Assembly: GCA_946221065.1 (NCBI GenBank)
Contig: CAMIIO010000002.1
Coordinates: 1,104-65,103, forward strand
Direction: 5' to 3'
Length of the DNA stretch: 64,000 nt
From: an uncultured Rothia sp.
GTDB taxonomy: Bacteria > Actinomycetota > Actinomycetes > Actinomycetales > Micrococcaceae
The notes beneath the pieces are model-generated. The model was given only the letters and a program-made list of their open reading frames with translations. It ran no database searches and was not told the DNA's origin. This document shows positions 48,401 through 58,091 of the stretch, in pieces; the first letter of the stretch is position 1, and each line of letters starts with the position of its first letter. A program made the position numbers and the translations under genes.

Positions 48401-50122
48401 CTAAGCAATCTCTAGGGCTGGGTGAATAATGACGGTATACCCGTTATCAGAGCCGTATCCCTGGGCTAGTTGGGCAAGATCTAACTGCGGTGGAGTGGTA
48501 AAAAACCGCTGGACAGTGTGGCTAAAAGCAGGGTCTTGCCCAAGTTTGCCGTGTTCTAAGGTGGCAAATATTCCTCCGCCTCGATCGTCGAGAACATCTA
48601 CGTGTACGCGCGGCTTAATTTCGATCTCGCCGATATTGAGTGAAGAAACATCGTGTAGGAAGGTGAGGTCGCCACACAATACGCGCACTGGTGCTGGTGG
48701 GGCACCGGCTGAAGAGGTGGTGGCGAGAGAAGCTCCGCCGGCAATGGCAAGGGTGCCATCGATTCCTGCCAACCCGCGCGATGCCATCACCTGCGGTACG
48801 TGCGCACCCCAGGGAGCAATCACGTCTAAGTCCCTGATGAGGTTTGAGGAGCCACACATCAACAGCTCACCGCTGGCGCAGCATTCTTCCCATACGGATA
48901 AGGCTAAAGACATCCCCGCGGCACGTCCCGTGATCTTTCCTGCGCGGCGGTACGCGGCGACGTCGTGCAGCAGCTCCGCGTGGCGCGCTTTTCCGGCTTT
49001 ATTCCAGGCAGCAAACCAGCTCTGCCCCGAGGAGTCATATGCTTGCCAGCCGTTCCCCGCGAACGTAGCTAGTTCAGCCAGCGTTGATAGAGGAGTTTCC
49101 GGACGGCGTCCGGGGCTATACCAGGCAGGCTCTACGGGTGTGTACAGCGCCGAGGGAATTTCTGTTTGATCGAGTAAGGCTGCTATAGGGCGTGAAAGCG
49201 TGGGGTGCCCAAAAAGTACAATCCGCTCAATGTTGCGCCATAGTTCCGTGGAGTGTAATTCTCGGTATGCCGGAATAGCGTGCTCTCCGGAAGAGATTCC
49301 GGAGGACGGCTCAGCAAATAGCGGTAGCCCTTGATGTTGCGCAAATTCATGGGCGATAGGGCCCGCGCCATCACCGGCAATCACCACGGTACGGTAGGCC
49401 GGAGCGTCATCGAGCGGAGCGTGTTTCCAGGTACGAGCCGAGGGGTCTACCGGAGAGGCAACACTACTCGTTTTATTCTGCTCTCGCCGTGCAAGCTGGC
49501 TCGCCCAGCGGCTCAGCAGGCCCGCCGCCTCAGGTTGCGGGGTAAGCGGCGTATCGAAGGCAAGGTTTAGATGAACGGGCCCGCGCGCGCCGGTGCTAGC
49601 TTTATCCCAATTTTCGGTAGTGCGCCCCCATGCTTTAGCCATGACGTCGGCAAAACGTTCGGTTTGCTCCCCAGGTTCTTGTTCGGGATAGGTGGTGAGG
49701 TCTGCTTCTGCAACCACAAAATTATGGAAGATTCCGGGTTGCTGGGTGGTTTGGTTAGCGCCTGTACCTCGCAGCCTTGGGGGTCTATCGGCGCTGAGAA
49801 CCATGAGCGGGACGGCGGAGTGTGCCGCTTCCATGACAGCTGGTAGCAGCTCTCCCACCGCTGTTCCGCTGGTGGTAACCACCGCTACGGGGGTGTTGGT
49901 GGCTTTCGCCAGCCCTAGGGCGGTGAAGCCTGCGGTGCGTTCGTCAATGCGTACGTGAGTGGTCACCACTCCTTGCTCGGCTAGAGCTGCCAGAGCGTAA
50001 GTGAGGGGTGCGTTTCTGGAACCGGGAGAGACGACGACGTGCTGAAGGCCTGCACGAACCAGGGAGTCAAGAACGGAGATAGCTGTGAGCATTGCAGCGG
50101 GAATAGGTGAAGAGTGCACCAT
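48401..50122 (-). CDS. menD: 2-succinyl-5-enolpyruvyl-6-hydroxy-3-cyclohexene-1-carboxylate synthase
   Basis: TPP-dependent enzyme with three domains. 'GSRNAPL' N-terminus. 573 aa. Confidence 0.9.
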   Translation of the reverse strand: MVHSSPIPAAMLTAISVLDSLVRAGLQHVVVSPGSRNAPLTYALAALAEQGVVTTHVRIDERTAGFTALGLAKATNTPVAVVTTSGTAVGELLPAVMEAAHSAVPLMVLSADRPPRLRGTGANQTTQQPGIFHNFVVAEADLTTYPEQEPGEQTERFADVMAKAWGRTTENWDKASTGARGPVHLNLAFDTPLTPQPEAAGLLSRWASQLARREQNKTSSVASPVDPSARTWKHAPLDDAPAYRTVVIAGDGAGPIAHEFAQHQGLPLFAEPSSGISSGEHAIPAYRELHSTELWRNIERIVLFGHPTLSRPIAALLDQTEIPSALYTPVEPAWYSPGRRPETPLSTLAELATFAGNGWQAYDSSGQSWFAAWNKAGKARHAELLHDVAAYRRAGKITGRAAGMSLALSVWEECCASGELLMCGSSNLIRDLDVIAPWGAHVPQVMASRGLAGIDGTLAIAGGASLATTSSAGAPPAPVRVLCGDLTFLHDVSSLNIGEIEIKPRVHVDVLDDRGGGIFATLEHGKLGQDPAFSHTVQRFFTTPPQLDLAQLAQGYGSDNGYTVIIHPALEIA

Positions 50123-50176
50123 CTCAGTTTATACAGGTGAGCCGGGTGTTCTTTGGGCTGGACTGTTGGAGTAGGC

Positions 50177-50213
50177 ATAAAAAATCCCTCAGGTGTGCGA
50201 AGACCTGAGGGAT
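50177..50213 (-). terminator. Intrinsic terminator on the minus strand downstream of the 50-aa ORF
   Basis: 11–12 bp stem (aatccctcaggt / acctgagggatt) with loop gtgcgaag. On the minus strand it is followed by ttttttatgcc. Confidence 0.6.
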
Positions 50214-50297
50214 TATATTGAATCCGCTACTGAAAGTGTTAGTGATTACCTATTTTATAGCTTGGGGGAAGGATTCTAGCCAAAAAGATTAATTAAT

Positions 50298-50450
50298 TTA
50301 GCGAGTTACCGACGAGTAATCGTAGTACATATCCCAACGCTCTTCTTCGGTGAGCTGGGGGGTAAGGAAAATCTGCTTGAAGTTCTTAACTACTTTGTTG
50401 GATACGGTTTGAACTTTGTTTACTTTGGGTGCTGACTGGAGAAGGAACAT
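50298..50450 (-). CDS. Unannotated 50-aa basic protein (MFLLQSAPKVNKVQTVSNKVVKNFKQIFLTPQLTEEERWDMYYDYSSVTR)
   Basis: GGAGG RBS 5 nt upstream of the ATG. Terminator about 85 nt downstream. Low GC3 in an AT-rich spacer. Under 60 aa, so absent from the ORF track. Confidence 0.45.
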   Translation of the reverse strand: MFLLQSAPKVNKVQTVSNKVVKNFKQIFLTPQLTEEERWDMYYDYSSVTR

Positions 50451-51050
50451 GACGCCTCCAACTTTCTACAGGGGGATGTGAGGAATCTAAAAGATGCCAT
50501 CTCATCGGGTGAACAATAACGGATTCAGTGACGACATTTGAACTAGTTCATTTCGTCGACAAGGAAAACATACCCTTAAAACCCAATGTGGCACAAGTGG
50601 GGGACAACTGCCCACAGTCTGTCTATATATGGGGTTTTCTGTCCCCATGCATACATATTTTCAGACAAATATCTCTCCTTCACAGGCCGCGCATCCATGT
50701 TTTTCGCGGAGAAAAATTCACCCAAGACCCACCCAATCAATGACGTTTTGCCTAATAGGAAGATTAGTAAGGTGGGTTTCCATAAAAGACAAAGAATTCG
50801 GATCGACCCTCACAAAACCCACCCCATGCCAGACGACACCCGAGGGTAGATTTGACGAATAGTTTTCACAAACATGAATTTATACAAAATGAAAACTTTA
50901 CTGTTGAATTAATCACATATATCCTATTGCTGGGGTCCTTCCACCCCACAAACCACCCCCCGCACCCCGACATCAAGCAGCTTTACCATGCCGTCAGATA
51001 AACAATTACGCTAAAAATTAATACATTCAACCGTAGAGAAAAACCCCTTG

Positions 51051-52079
51051 TCAGCTACCGGTTGTCAGCACCAAATAAGCCTGCTCAATTCGTCCTCGCC
51101 ACCACAGCTCCCGCTCTCCTCCCGCTCGCCAGTGCTCAACCAACCCCTCATCAGGAGTCACATCACGGATCCTCAGCACCCCATCTTGAGCAACCAAAGA
51201 ATCGTGTACCACATCCCCCTTCAAGAGGGAAACTGTCCCCAAACCACACCCATACGGAAGCTGGGGCAAAGAAGCAGCCAACGCCGCACCCACCCGAATC
51301 CCTACCGACGTCTCCAAAGCAGAAGACACTACGGCGGGAAGCCCAGCGGCCTCCACCACACTCAAAGCATGCCGCACTCCCCCCAAAGGAGCTGCCTTAA
51401 TAATCAGAAGATCTGCAGCACCCAGCCGAGCAACCCGCAACGGGTCACTCGCCTTTCGCACAGACTCATCTGCAGCAATGAGCGTACTCACCCCCCTAGC
51501 TCGTATCTGCTCACGCACACGAGCCAGTCCCTCCACCGTAGAAACGGGCTGCTCCGCATACAGCAACTCAAATTCCTCAAATTCCACTAAGGCACGCACA
51601 GCCTCGGACTCACTCCACCCACCATTAGCATCCACCTTCAAACGAGCCTCAGGAAGCACCTCACGAACCGCGCGCAACCGGGCAAGATCATCAGCTAAGG
51701 TTTGCCCGCGCTCCGCAACTTTCACTTTAACCTCCCGGATAGTACCGGAATATCTGCCCAACACAGCCCGAACATCCTTCGCGACAATTGCCGGAACCGT
51801 TGAATTTAACGGGATTTCTTGACGCCGCGCCCGCGGAAACCCCACCCAAGCAGCCTCTAGCGCACACAGCAACCAGGAACTAGCTTCTTCAGGACCATAC
51901 TCAAGGAATGAGGCAAACTCTCCCCAACCGGCAGGGCCCTCAATAATGGCAGTCTCACGTTCCATCACTCCTCGAAAGCGCGTATTCATGGGAACACGGC
52001 ACACCCTAGTGTTCCTCAAAATTTCTGACAGACTCGGGAGCGGGCGGTCAGCAAAGGCAGTATTAACAAGTGCGTTCAT
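51051..52079 (-). CDS. menC: o-Succinylbenzoate synthase (enolase superfamily)
   Basis: MR/MLE-family barrel residues ('KVDANGGW', 'EQP', 'ADES'). Start moved to the internal ATG (MNALV; the tracked ORF begins with GTG at 52142). Confidence 0.82.
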   Translation of the reverse strand: MNALVNTAFADRPLPSLSEILRNTRVCRVPMNTRFRGVMERETAIIEGPAGWGEFASFLEYGPEEASSWLLCALEAAWVGFPRARRQEIPLNSTVPAIVAKDVRAVLGRYSGTIREVKVKVAERGQTLADDLARLRAVREVLPEARLKVDANGGWSESEAVRALVEFEEFELLYAEQPVSTVEGLARVREQIRARGVSTLIAADESVRKASDPLRVARLGAADLLIIKAAPLGGVRHALSVVEAAGLPAVVSSALETSVGIRVGAALAASLPQLPYGCGLGTVSLLKGDVVHDSLVAQDGVLRIRDVTPDEGLVEHWRAGGERELWWRGRIEQAYLVLTTGS

Positions 52080-52208
52080 AGGTACTAATTTAGTGCTCTC
52101 ACCTGCATTTTTAGTCAATAAAGGTTTTTCCGGAGTTCTCACAGGAAACCCACAAGAGTATCTGGCAAAATAATCAAGTGGTCTTGTTACCGACCCGTCC
52201 AGCTGGAG

Positions 52209-53300
52209 ATGAAAACACCGAAAGGCAGTTCACCGTTTATGAGTAAACGCAGTTATGAACAGCCTGCTTCCCCTCCACCCCTAGCAGAAGATGAACCGAC
52301 CCAGGTTCTACCCTCGCCGTCGTCAAACTCTCTGCACGCGGATTCCCCCACTCAAGAACTTTCTACCGACTCCGGTGAAAGCACAGCACCGCGTACCGCA
52401 AATCTACGCCAACTCTCCCCCCGCGCTATCCGGCAGACCCGCCCCACTTTCTGGGCACTCATGCAACATATTTTTGCTTTTATTCTGCTCGGCGGAGTAT
52501 TTCTCGTTACCACCGTCTTCTTTATCCAGACCGAGGTGGGGCAACAACTCGACGAAACAGCTTTCAACGAATTTTCTTACCAGTTCATGCGCTTCCAGCC
52601 GCAAACCTCACAAATCCTAGACCTCATTCCGGCGACTTCTGGAGTGCTTGCCCTTGTAGGCATTATCTTTGTACTCATCTGGAAACACCGCTTTGTTCCG
52701 GCCTTGGTTGGCTTGGCAGTAGCACTTGTCGCCAACGCAGGAACCCAAGCGTTCAAGAGTTACCTCATTACTAAACCAAATTTTGGCATCCAAGAAGCCG
52801 CACTTAATTCGGCCCCATCCGGACATACCACTTTTGCCGCCGCCGCAGGAGCTGCCCTATTTCTCGCCGCGCCCAAGGTACTTCGCCCGCTCATTGCTTT
52901 TATCAGTGCGTGCTTTACCGTAGCCGCAGGCTTTTCCACCGTCGTCAATGGTTGGCACCGCCCCTCCGACGTAGTACTCGCAATCCTTTGGACCACCATG
53001 TGTACCGTTGTTGGCATGACGATTCTGCGCTACCTACGCTCCGAAGAGCTGGATCTTAGCGAAAATAGACGAACCGGCATGGTACTGGTTCCACTGCTTA
53101 GTATCTCGGGATTCTTCCTCGGGTTCTGTTCTATCGCTCTCTACCTCATGACCTACTACGATCCCATCCCGGGCGGAGCACTCGTAGCTGCGTCCTTCCT
53201 CATCCTCTCCGCAACCGCTTTTTGCACCGCTACCGTCATCGCCCTATTACGGGCACGCAATAAACAACGTTCGGCATACACCAAAATCTGGACCTACTGA
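52209..53300 (+). CDS. PAP2-superfamily membrane phosphatase with a ~90-aa disordered N-terminal extension
   Basis: 'PSGHT' and 'GWHRPSDV' acid-phosphatase motifs within TM helices. Pro/Ser-rich N-terminus. Confidence 0.7.
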   Translation: MKTPKGSSPFMSKRSYEQPASPPPLAEDEPTQVLPSPSSNSLHADSPTQELSTDSGESTAPRTANLRQLSPRAIRQTRPTFWALMQHIFAFILLGGVFLVTTVFFIQTEVGQQLDETAFNEFSYQFMRFQPQTSQILDLIPATSGVLALVGIIFVLIWKHRFVPALVGLAVALVANAGTQAFKSYLITKPNFGIQEAALNSAPSGHTTFAAAAGAALFLAAPKVLRPLIAFISACFTVAAGFSTVVNGWHRPSDVVLAILWTTMCTVVGMTILRYLRSEELDLSENRRTGMVLVPLLSISGFFLGFCSIALYLMTYYDPIPGGALVAASFLILSATAFCTATVIALLRARNKQRSAYTKIWTY

Positions 53301-53394
53301 TAGCCTGCGCGCTATCCCTAGAGTGTGAAGGGGGATAGTTATTGCTAACTATCCCCCCTTCGCACACCATGATTACGCTAGAGTCGCACCACGA

Positions 53395-54309
53395 TCACAT
53401 GGATCGGCCAATCGTAATAGGGCCGGTAAGCCCCGTAGGTTCATCCGTAAAGTGCGCCTTAGAAAGACCCTTCCCCTCGTTTTCCTGCTTTTGTAACCAG
53501 TTCAAACGATCCAACAGAATACGGGTAGAGCCACCGGAGTACGGCAATTTATACATGGCAGCGGTGGTGGGCGTGGCATCCTTATTTTCAGCAGCAGCTT
53601 CAATGCTGTCAATAGCACCCTGCATAGTCTCCGCCATACGAGTAACAAACGTACATTCCACCGGCGTACCGTGGCCAGGCACAAACACGCGGTAACGATC
53701 CAACCCCGCCAAATCATTCAAGGTAGAAACCCACAGCTCCGGGTAGGCGTCATCAAAAGCCGGGTCAGACCCCTCCTCCACCAAATCACCGGTGAAGAGG
53801 ACGTCGTCAACCCCCACCAAAACATCTGAATCCGTGTGCGCCAAACCAAGGTAAAAGAGCGTGACGGCACGATCACCTAACTCAACGCGGGTAAAAGACG
53901 CCCGAGTTCCATCTCCGGGAAGAAGCTTATTAGGAACAACAAGATGTGTGTTCGGCCCTTGCATATGAGCCATCTCGGGTTCAAGAACTTCTACATAAGA
54001 ACGCTGCTGATCGCCATATAGTTCAATAGCGCGGGCGGCCCGGGGATGAGCCCAAAAATCTGTGGTGCCATCCGCCTCAAAAACCGCGTTACCCATAAAG
54101 CGATCAAAGTGTGCGTGAGTAGAGACAACTGCCAGAGGAAGTTCGGTGATGCGTCGGACGGCGCGCAAAATTTCTGCGCCCTGACGCGGGCCAGCACCCG
54201 TATCAACGACCATAGCTTTCTCTGCACCGAGAATAAGTCCAGAGTTCAAACGGTAGTTATCCGTGTTAATGAGGTAGACGCCGTCTGAGATTTCGATTGT
54301 ACGTGCCAT
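53395..54309 (-). CDS. MBL-fold metallo-hydrolase
   Basis: 'STHAHFDRFMGN' (HxHxDH-like) and downstream His/Asp ligands. Confidence 0.8.
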   Translation of the reverse strand: MARTIEISDGVYLINTDNYRLNSGLILGAEKAMVVDTGAGPRQGAEILRAVRRITELPLAVVSTHAHFDRFMGNAVFEADGTTDFWAHPRAARAIELYGDQQRSYVEVLEPEMAHMQGPNTHLVVPNKLLPGDGTRASFTRVELGDRAVTLFYLGLAHTDSDVLVGVDDVLFTGDLVEEGSDPAFDDAYPELWVSTLNDLAGLDRYRVFVPGHGTPVECTFVTRMAETMQGAIDSIEAAAENKDATPTTAAMYKLPYSGGSTRILLDRLNWLQKQENEGKGLSKAHFTDEPTGLTGPITIGRSM

Positions 54310-54427
54310 ATACCTTAACTTACTTGAGCCTTGGGTGATCGTTACTATTCTAGGTGCTTTATTCCGCTGTTGGGTGTTGATTCACAGAATCATGCGCGTT
54401 AGCCATGTACTTACCCCATGGCTTAAC

Positions 54428-55411
54428 ATGGGCACAGTGACTACTACTTCTTCTCAAGCCCTCCAATACTCGCCCTCCATAACCCCGCGCGGAAGATACG
54501 CGCCGTCGCCGTCCGGGGATTTGCATGTGGGCAATCTACGAACGGCATTATTAGCCTGGCTGTGCGCCCGAATCGCCGGTGGCAGCTTTGTGATGCGGGT
54601 AGAAGATTTAGACCGAGTTCAGGCGGGCGCGGCAGAACGACAATTTGCCGACCTAAAGGCCGTAGGACTGGACTGGGATGAAGAAGTGCTCTACCAGTCT
54701 TCTCGCGGTGAGGGATACAAGCAGGTTATTGCCTCGTTGCAGGAACAGGGACTGACCTACGAGTGTTTCTGCACTCGCAAAGAAATTCAATCGGCAACAA
54801 GCGCACCCCATGCGGCTCCGGGAGCATACCCCGGCACCTGCCGAGACCTCACACAAGAAGAACGCGAGCGCCGTCGACAAGAACGTCCACCCGCAATACG
54901 TTTACGTGCAGAACGTACCCAATACACGGTTGTTGATGAGTTACACGGCACATTTACCGGGGATGTGGATGATTTTGTGCTCTTACGCAATGACGGCACC
55001 CCTGCCTATAACCTTGCGGTGGTGGTGGACGATCATTTTCAGGGTGTGACACAGGTGGTTCGTGGCGATGACCTTTTGCCCTCGGCACCTCGACAGGCGT
55101 ATTTGGCGAACCTTTTAGGCTATGAGGCACCGCGATATGTGCATGTTCCGCTGGTACTCAACCGGGAGGGTAAACGTCTTGCCAAGCGAGATGGTGCCGT
55201 TACGCTGGGGCAGCTACACGATTTTGGGGTGAGCACGGGGAATCTTCTGGAGCTGATTTCCTCCTCAATTCCGCTGATAAAAATAGTGGACCCGACGACG
55301 GGCGTGCGGCGTTTTCCCCGAACAGCACAGGAAATGCTTGCGGTTTTTGAACGCGAGATGATGGATTTACAGCCGTGGGTTATTGATGAGAATGTTTTGA
55401 AGGGAGCGTAA
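54428..55411 (+). CDS. gluQ: Glutamyl-Q tRNA(Asp) synthetase (truncated GluRS paralogue)
   Basis: 'RYAPSPSGDLHVGNLRTALLAW' HIGH-region and a 'KLSKR'-like 'RLAKRDG'. Start moved to 54428 (the tracked ORF starts at 54335). Confidence 0.85.
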   Translation: MGTVTTTSSQALQYSPSITPRGRYAPSPSGDLHVGNLRTALLAWLCARIAGGSFVMRVEDLDRVQAGAAERQFADLKAVGLDWDEEVLYQSSRGEGYKQVIASLQEQGLTYECFCTRKEIQSATSAPHAAPGAYPGTCRDLTQEERERRRQERPPAIRLRAERTQYTVVDELHGTFTGDVDDFVLLRNDGTPAYNLAVVVDDHFQGVTQVVRGDDLLPSAPRQAYLANLLGYEAPRYVHVPLVLNREGKRLAKRDGAVTLGQLHDFGVSTGNLLELISSSIPLIKIVDPTTGVRRFPRTAQEMLAVFEREMMDLQPWVIDENVLKGA

Positions 55412-55418
55412 GGAAAAA

Positions 55419-56402
55419 GTGGCGTTAAATTTACGCGGTATGGCGGCAAGTGTTCCGCCTAAGCACCGGGGCACTGCGGCTTTTGTGTTGGTTATGGCGG
55501 GATCGCTGGGAATTCAGGCGTCCACGGCAATACTTTCTCATCTTTTTGTGGAGTTCTCTCCGATTGTGGTGGCTGGGCTGCGAATGGGAGCTGCGGCGCT
55601 TATTTTATTGGTGCTGGTACGGCCTAATCCTTTTGCTGTGAAACGCTCGGATTGGCCGCAGGTTATTGTGTATGCCCTGGTGGTTTCAGTGATGACGCTG
55701 GGGTATTTTCAGGCGGTACATTATTTACCGCTGGGTATTGTGGTAACGATTGAGTACCTGGGGGCTTTTGGGGTGTCTCTTTTGGGGGTGAGGCGTGTTC
55801 GCGATGGTCTGCTTTCCTTGGGCGCCCTGGTGGGAGTGGCTCTTATTGCCGGCCCGACCTTTGAGGCGGGGCAACTAGTGGGGTATTTCTTTGCGGCGTT
55901 AAGTGCTTTATGTATGGCCGGTTATACCCTTCTCTCAGCCAAAATGGGCTCGGGTTCTCAAGCGGTTTCTGGGTTAAAGGGGCTCACGCTCTCTATTGCA
56001 ATTTCTGCTCTTATTTTTTCGCCTTTTTCTGTTCCGGCTATTCCGCAGTTGAGCGGTGCGGACTGGGTACGGGTGCTCCTCGGCGGTGCCCTGGGTGTGG
56101 CATTTGCCTATTCGGCAGATTCTTTGGCTGGCAGGTTGACTTCGGCCGCCGTCATTGGGGTGTTGTTTAGCCTTGATCCGGTCAATGGTGCGCTCATTGG
56201 CATTCTGCTACTGGGTGAGGTGCTACCGTTTTCGGCCTATGTGGGCATTGTGGTAATTGCGATTTCCGGTGCGGTTTTGGTGTGGAAAACAAACCGTTCG
56301 GCTATTGAGCTGGGAACGAATACGGCGATGCTAGAGGCGATTGTTTCGACGAAGACCGGTCAAATCCCATTGGTGGAACAACGAGACTTTAAGAATAACT
56401 AA
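55419..56402 (+). CDS. EamA/DMT-family transporter
   Basis: 10-TM protein with two EamA repeats. Confidence 0.75.
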   Translation: MALNLRGMAASVPPKHRGTAAFVLVMAGSLGIQASTAILSHLFVEFSPIVVAGLRMGAAALILLVLVRPNPFAVKRSDWPQVIVYALVVSVMTLGYFQAVHYLPLGIVVTIEYLGAFGVSLLGVRRVRDGLLSLGALVGVALIAGPTFEAGQLVGYFFAALSALCMAGYTLLSAKMGSGSQAVSGLKGLTLSIAISALIFSPFSVPAIPQLSGADWVRVLLGGALGVAFAYSADSLAGRLTSAAVIGVLFSLDPVNGALIGILLLGEVLPFSAYVGIVVIAISGAVLVWKTNRSAIELGTNTAMLEAIVSTKTGQIPLVEQRDFKNN

Positions 56403-56517
56403 TTGATGTACTTAAGCTAGGCTTAATTTTGGCTAGTTTGAGTGATATTTGGTGCTTAAACTGCCCACACGGCATATTATTACCTAAATCACATTAATTT
56501 ATTGTTCAGGAGCTTCT

Positions 56518-58008
56518 ATGAGCGACTCTACCTTTCAAATCATCGCGCTCGTCATTTATTTTGCCGCCATGATCGCCATCGGACTCTGGGCACGCACCAA
56601 AAATACTAATCTCGACGATTACATCCTCGGTGGCCGTTCCCTCTCCCCCACCACCGCAGCACTCTCCGCAGGAGCTTCCGACATGTCCGGCTGGCTCCTC
56701 ATGGGTCTACCCGGTGCCCTCTACATCACCGGTCTTGCCCAATCATGGATGGCTATTGGCCTCACCATCGGCGCCTGGATCAACTGGAAAGTCGTGGCAC
56801 CGCGCCTGCGCACCTATACCGAAGTATCAAAAAACTCTGCCACCATTCCGGTGTTCTTCCACAACCGACTACGCGATAACACCAAAATCCTGCGCATCCT
56901 CACCTCACTCATCACCCTGATTTTCTTCACGTTCTACGCCTCTTCCGGAATGGTCGCCGGTGGCAAATTCTTCCAATCCTCCTTTGCAATGCCCTACCTC
57001 ACCGGTATGCTTCTTATCGCCGGCGTCACCGTGCTCTACACCCTCTTTGGCGGCTTCCTCGGCGCAAGCTACACCGACATGGTGCAGGGACTACTCATGC
57101 TCGCCGCGCTCTTGATTCTTCCCATTATTGCCATGTTCTACGTGGGCGGACCTGCCGGAGCGGTAGAAACCATCACCGACGTCAACCCCACAGCCCTCTC
57201 CTTCTTCTCCGGAACAACGCTCGTTGGCATTATCTCCACGGCGGCCTGGGGCCTGGGCTACTTCGGTCAACCGCACATCATTACCCGATTCATGGCACTG
57301 CGCAGCGTGCGTGACGCCGGCACCGCGCGTCGAATCGGTATTGGCTGGATGCTACTGACCGTTATTGGTGCCTGCTCCGCCGGACTCATCGGTATCGCCT
57401 ACTTTGCCAAGCACCCCGAGGCTCAACTGACCGACACAGCCAACGCCGAGTCCGTATTTCTGGATCTCTCCCAGCTACTACTGCACCCCTTCATCTCCGG
57501 ATTTATTCTCGCGGCGGTGCTGGCAGCTATTATGTCTACCCTCTCTTCACAGCTCATCGTGTGCTCTTCCGCCCTTGCCGAAGATATTTACGGCGCCGTC
57601 ACCGATAAGCGCCTGGCAGACCACCACGGGCTCTGGCTAGGGCGTGCAGGTGTGCTGGTAGTGGCTGTCATTGCCATGATCCTGGCATGGAACCCCGAAA
57701 GCTCCATCCTCTCCCTCGTGGCTTTTGCCTGGGCTGGCTTTGGTGCGGCTTTCGGCCCTATCGTGCTACTCTCGCTGTACTGGCGCAAGCTCACCAACTG
57801 GGGTGCGATCGCCGGAATCATCGCCGGAACCCTCACGGTTTTTATCTGGGGCAACATCGAGTCTCTCTCGACCACCATGTACGAGATCGTTCCCGGTTTT
57901 ATCGCCAACCTGCTGGTTGCCGTCCTCGTCTCGCTGGTTACATACAAGCCCAATGCTGAGATTGACGCGGAGTTTAATGCCGCGGTGGAAGCGGTTCACG
58001 CCCGCTAA
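56518..58008 (+). CDS. putP: Sodium:proline symporter (SSS family)
   Basis: 13-TM SSF. Conserved 'GG…GWLLMGLPG' N-terminus. CAGGAG RBS. Confidence 0.9.
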   Translation: MSDSTFQIIALVIYFAAMIAIGLWARTKNTNLDDYILGGRSLSPTTAALSAGASDMSGWLLMGLPGALYITGLAQSWMAIGLTIGAWINWKVVAPRLRTYTEVSKNSATIPVFFHNRLRDNTKILRILTSLITLIFFTFYASSGMVAGGKFFQSSFAMPYLTGMLLIAGVTVLYTLFGGFLGASYTDMVQGLLMLAALLILPIIAMFYVGGPAGAVETITDVNPTALSFFSGTTLVGIISTAAWGLGYFGQPHIITRFMALRSVRDAGTARRIGIGWMLLTVIGACSAGLIGIAYFAKHPEAQLTDTANAESVFLDLSQLLLHPFISGFILAAVLAAIMSTLSSQLIVCSSALAEDIYGAVTDKRLADHHGLWLGRAGVLVVAVIAMILAWNPESSILSLVAFAWAGFGAAFGPIVLLSLYWRKLTNWGAIAGIIAGTLTVFIWGNIESLSTTMYEIVPGFIANLLVAVLVSLVTYKPNAEIDAEFNAAVEAVHAR

Positions 58009-58012
58009 CCCT

Positions 58013-58075
58013 CGTTGAGGTGTCAAAAATATGCACTTTTCGCGCCGAAAAGTGCATATTTTTGACACCTCAACG
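58013..58075. repeat. Perfect 30-bp inverted repeat with a 3-nt spacer (63-nt palindrome), AT-rich, between putP and menB
   Basis: cgttgaggtgtcaaaaatatgcacttttcg-cgc-cgaaaagtgcatatttttgacacctcaacg. Verified base by base. It generates identical mirror ORFs on both strands (57766..58068 and 58020..). Confidence 0.85.
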
Positions 58076-58091
58076 CTTTAAGGTTGAAGGT

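Noticed and set aside
58013-58075. Transposon or IS terminal inverted repeats
   Set aside because: The arms are directly adjacent (3-nt spacer) and no transposase ORF lies between or nearby. A MITE-like remnant cannot be excluded, but no IS is present.
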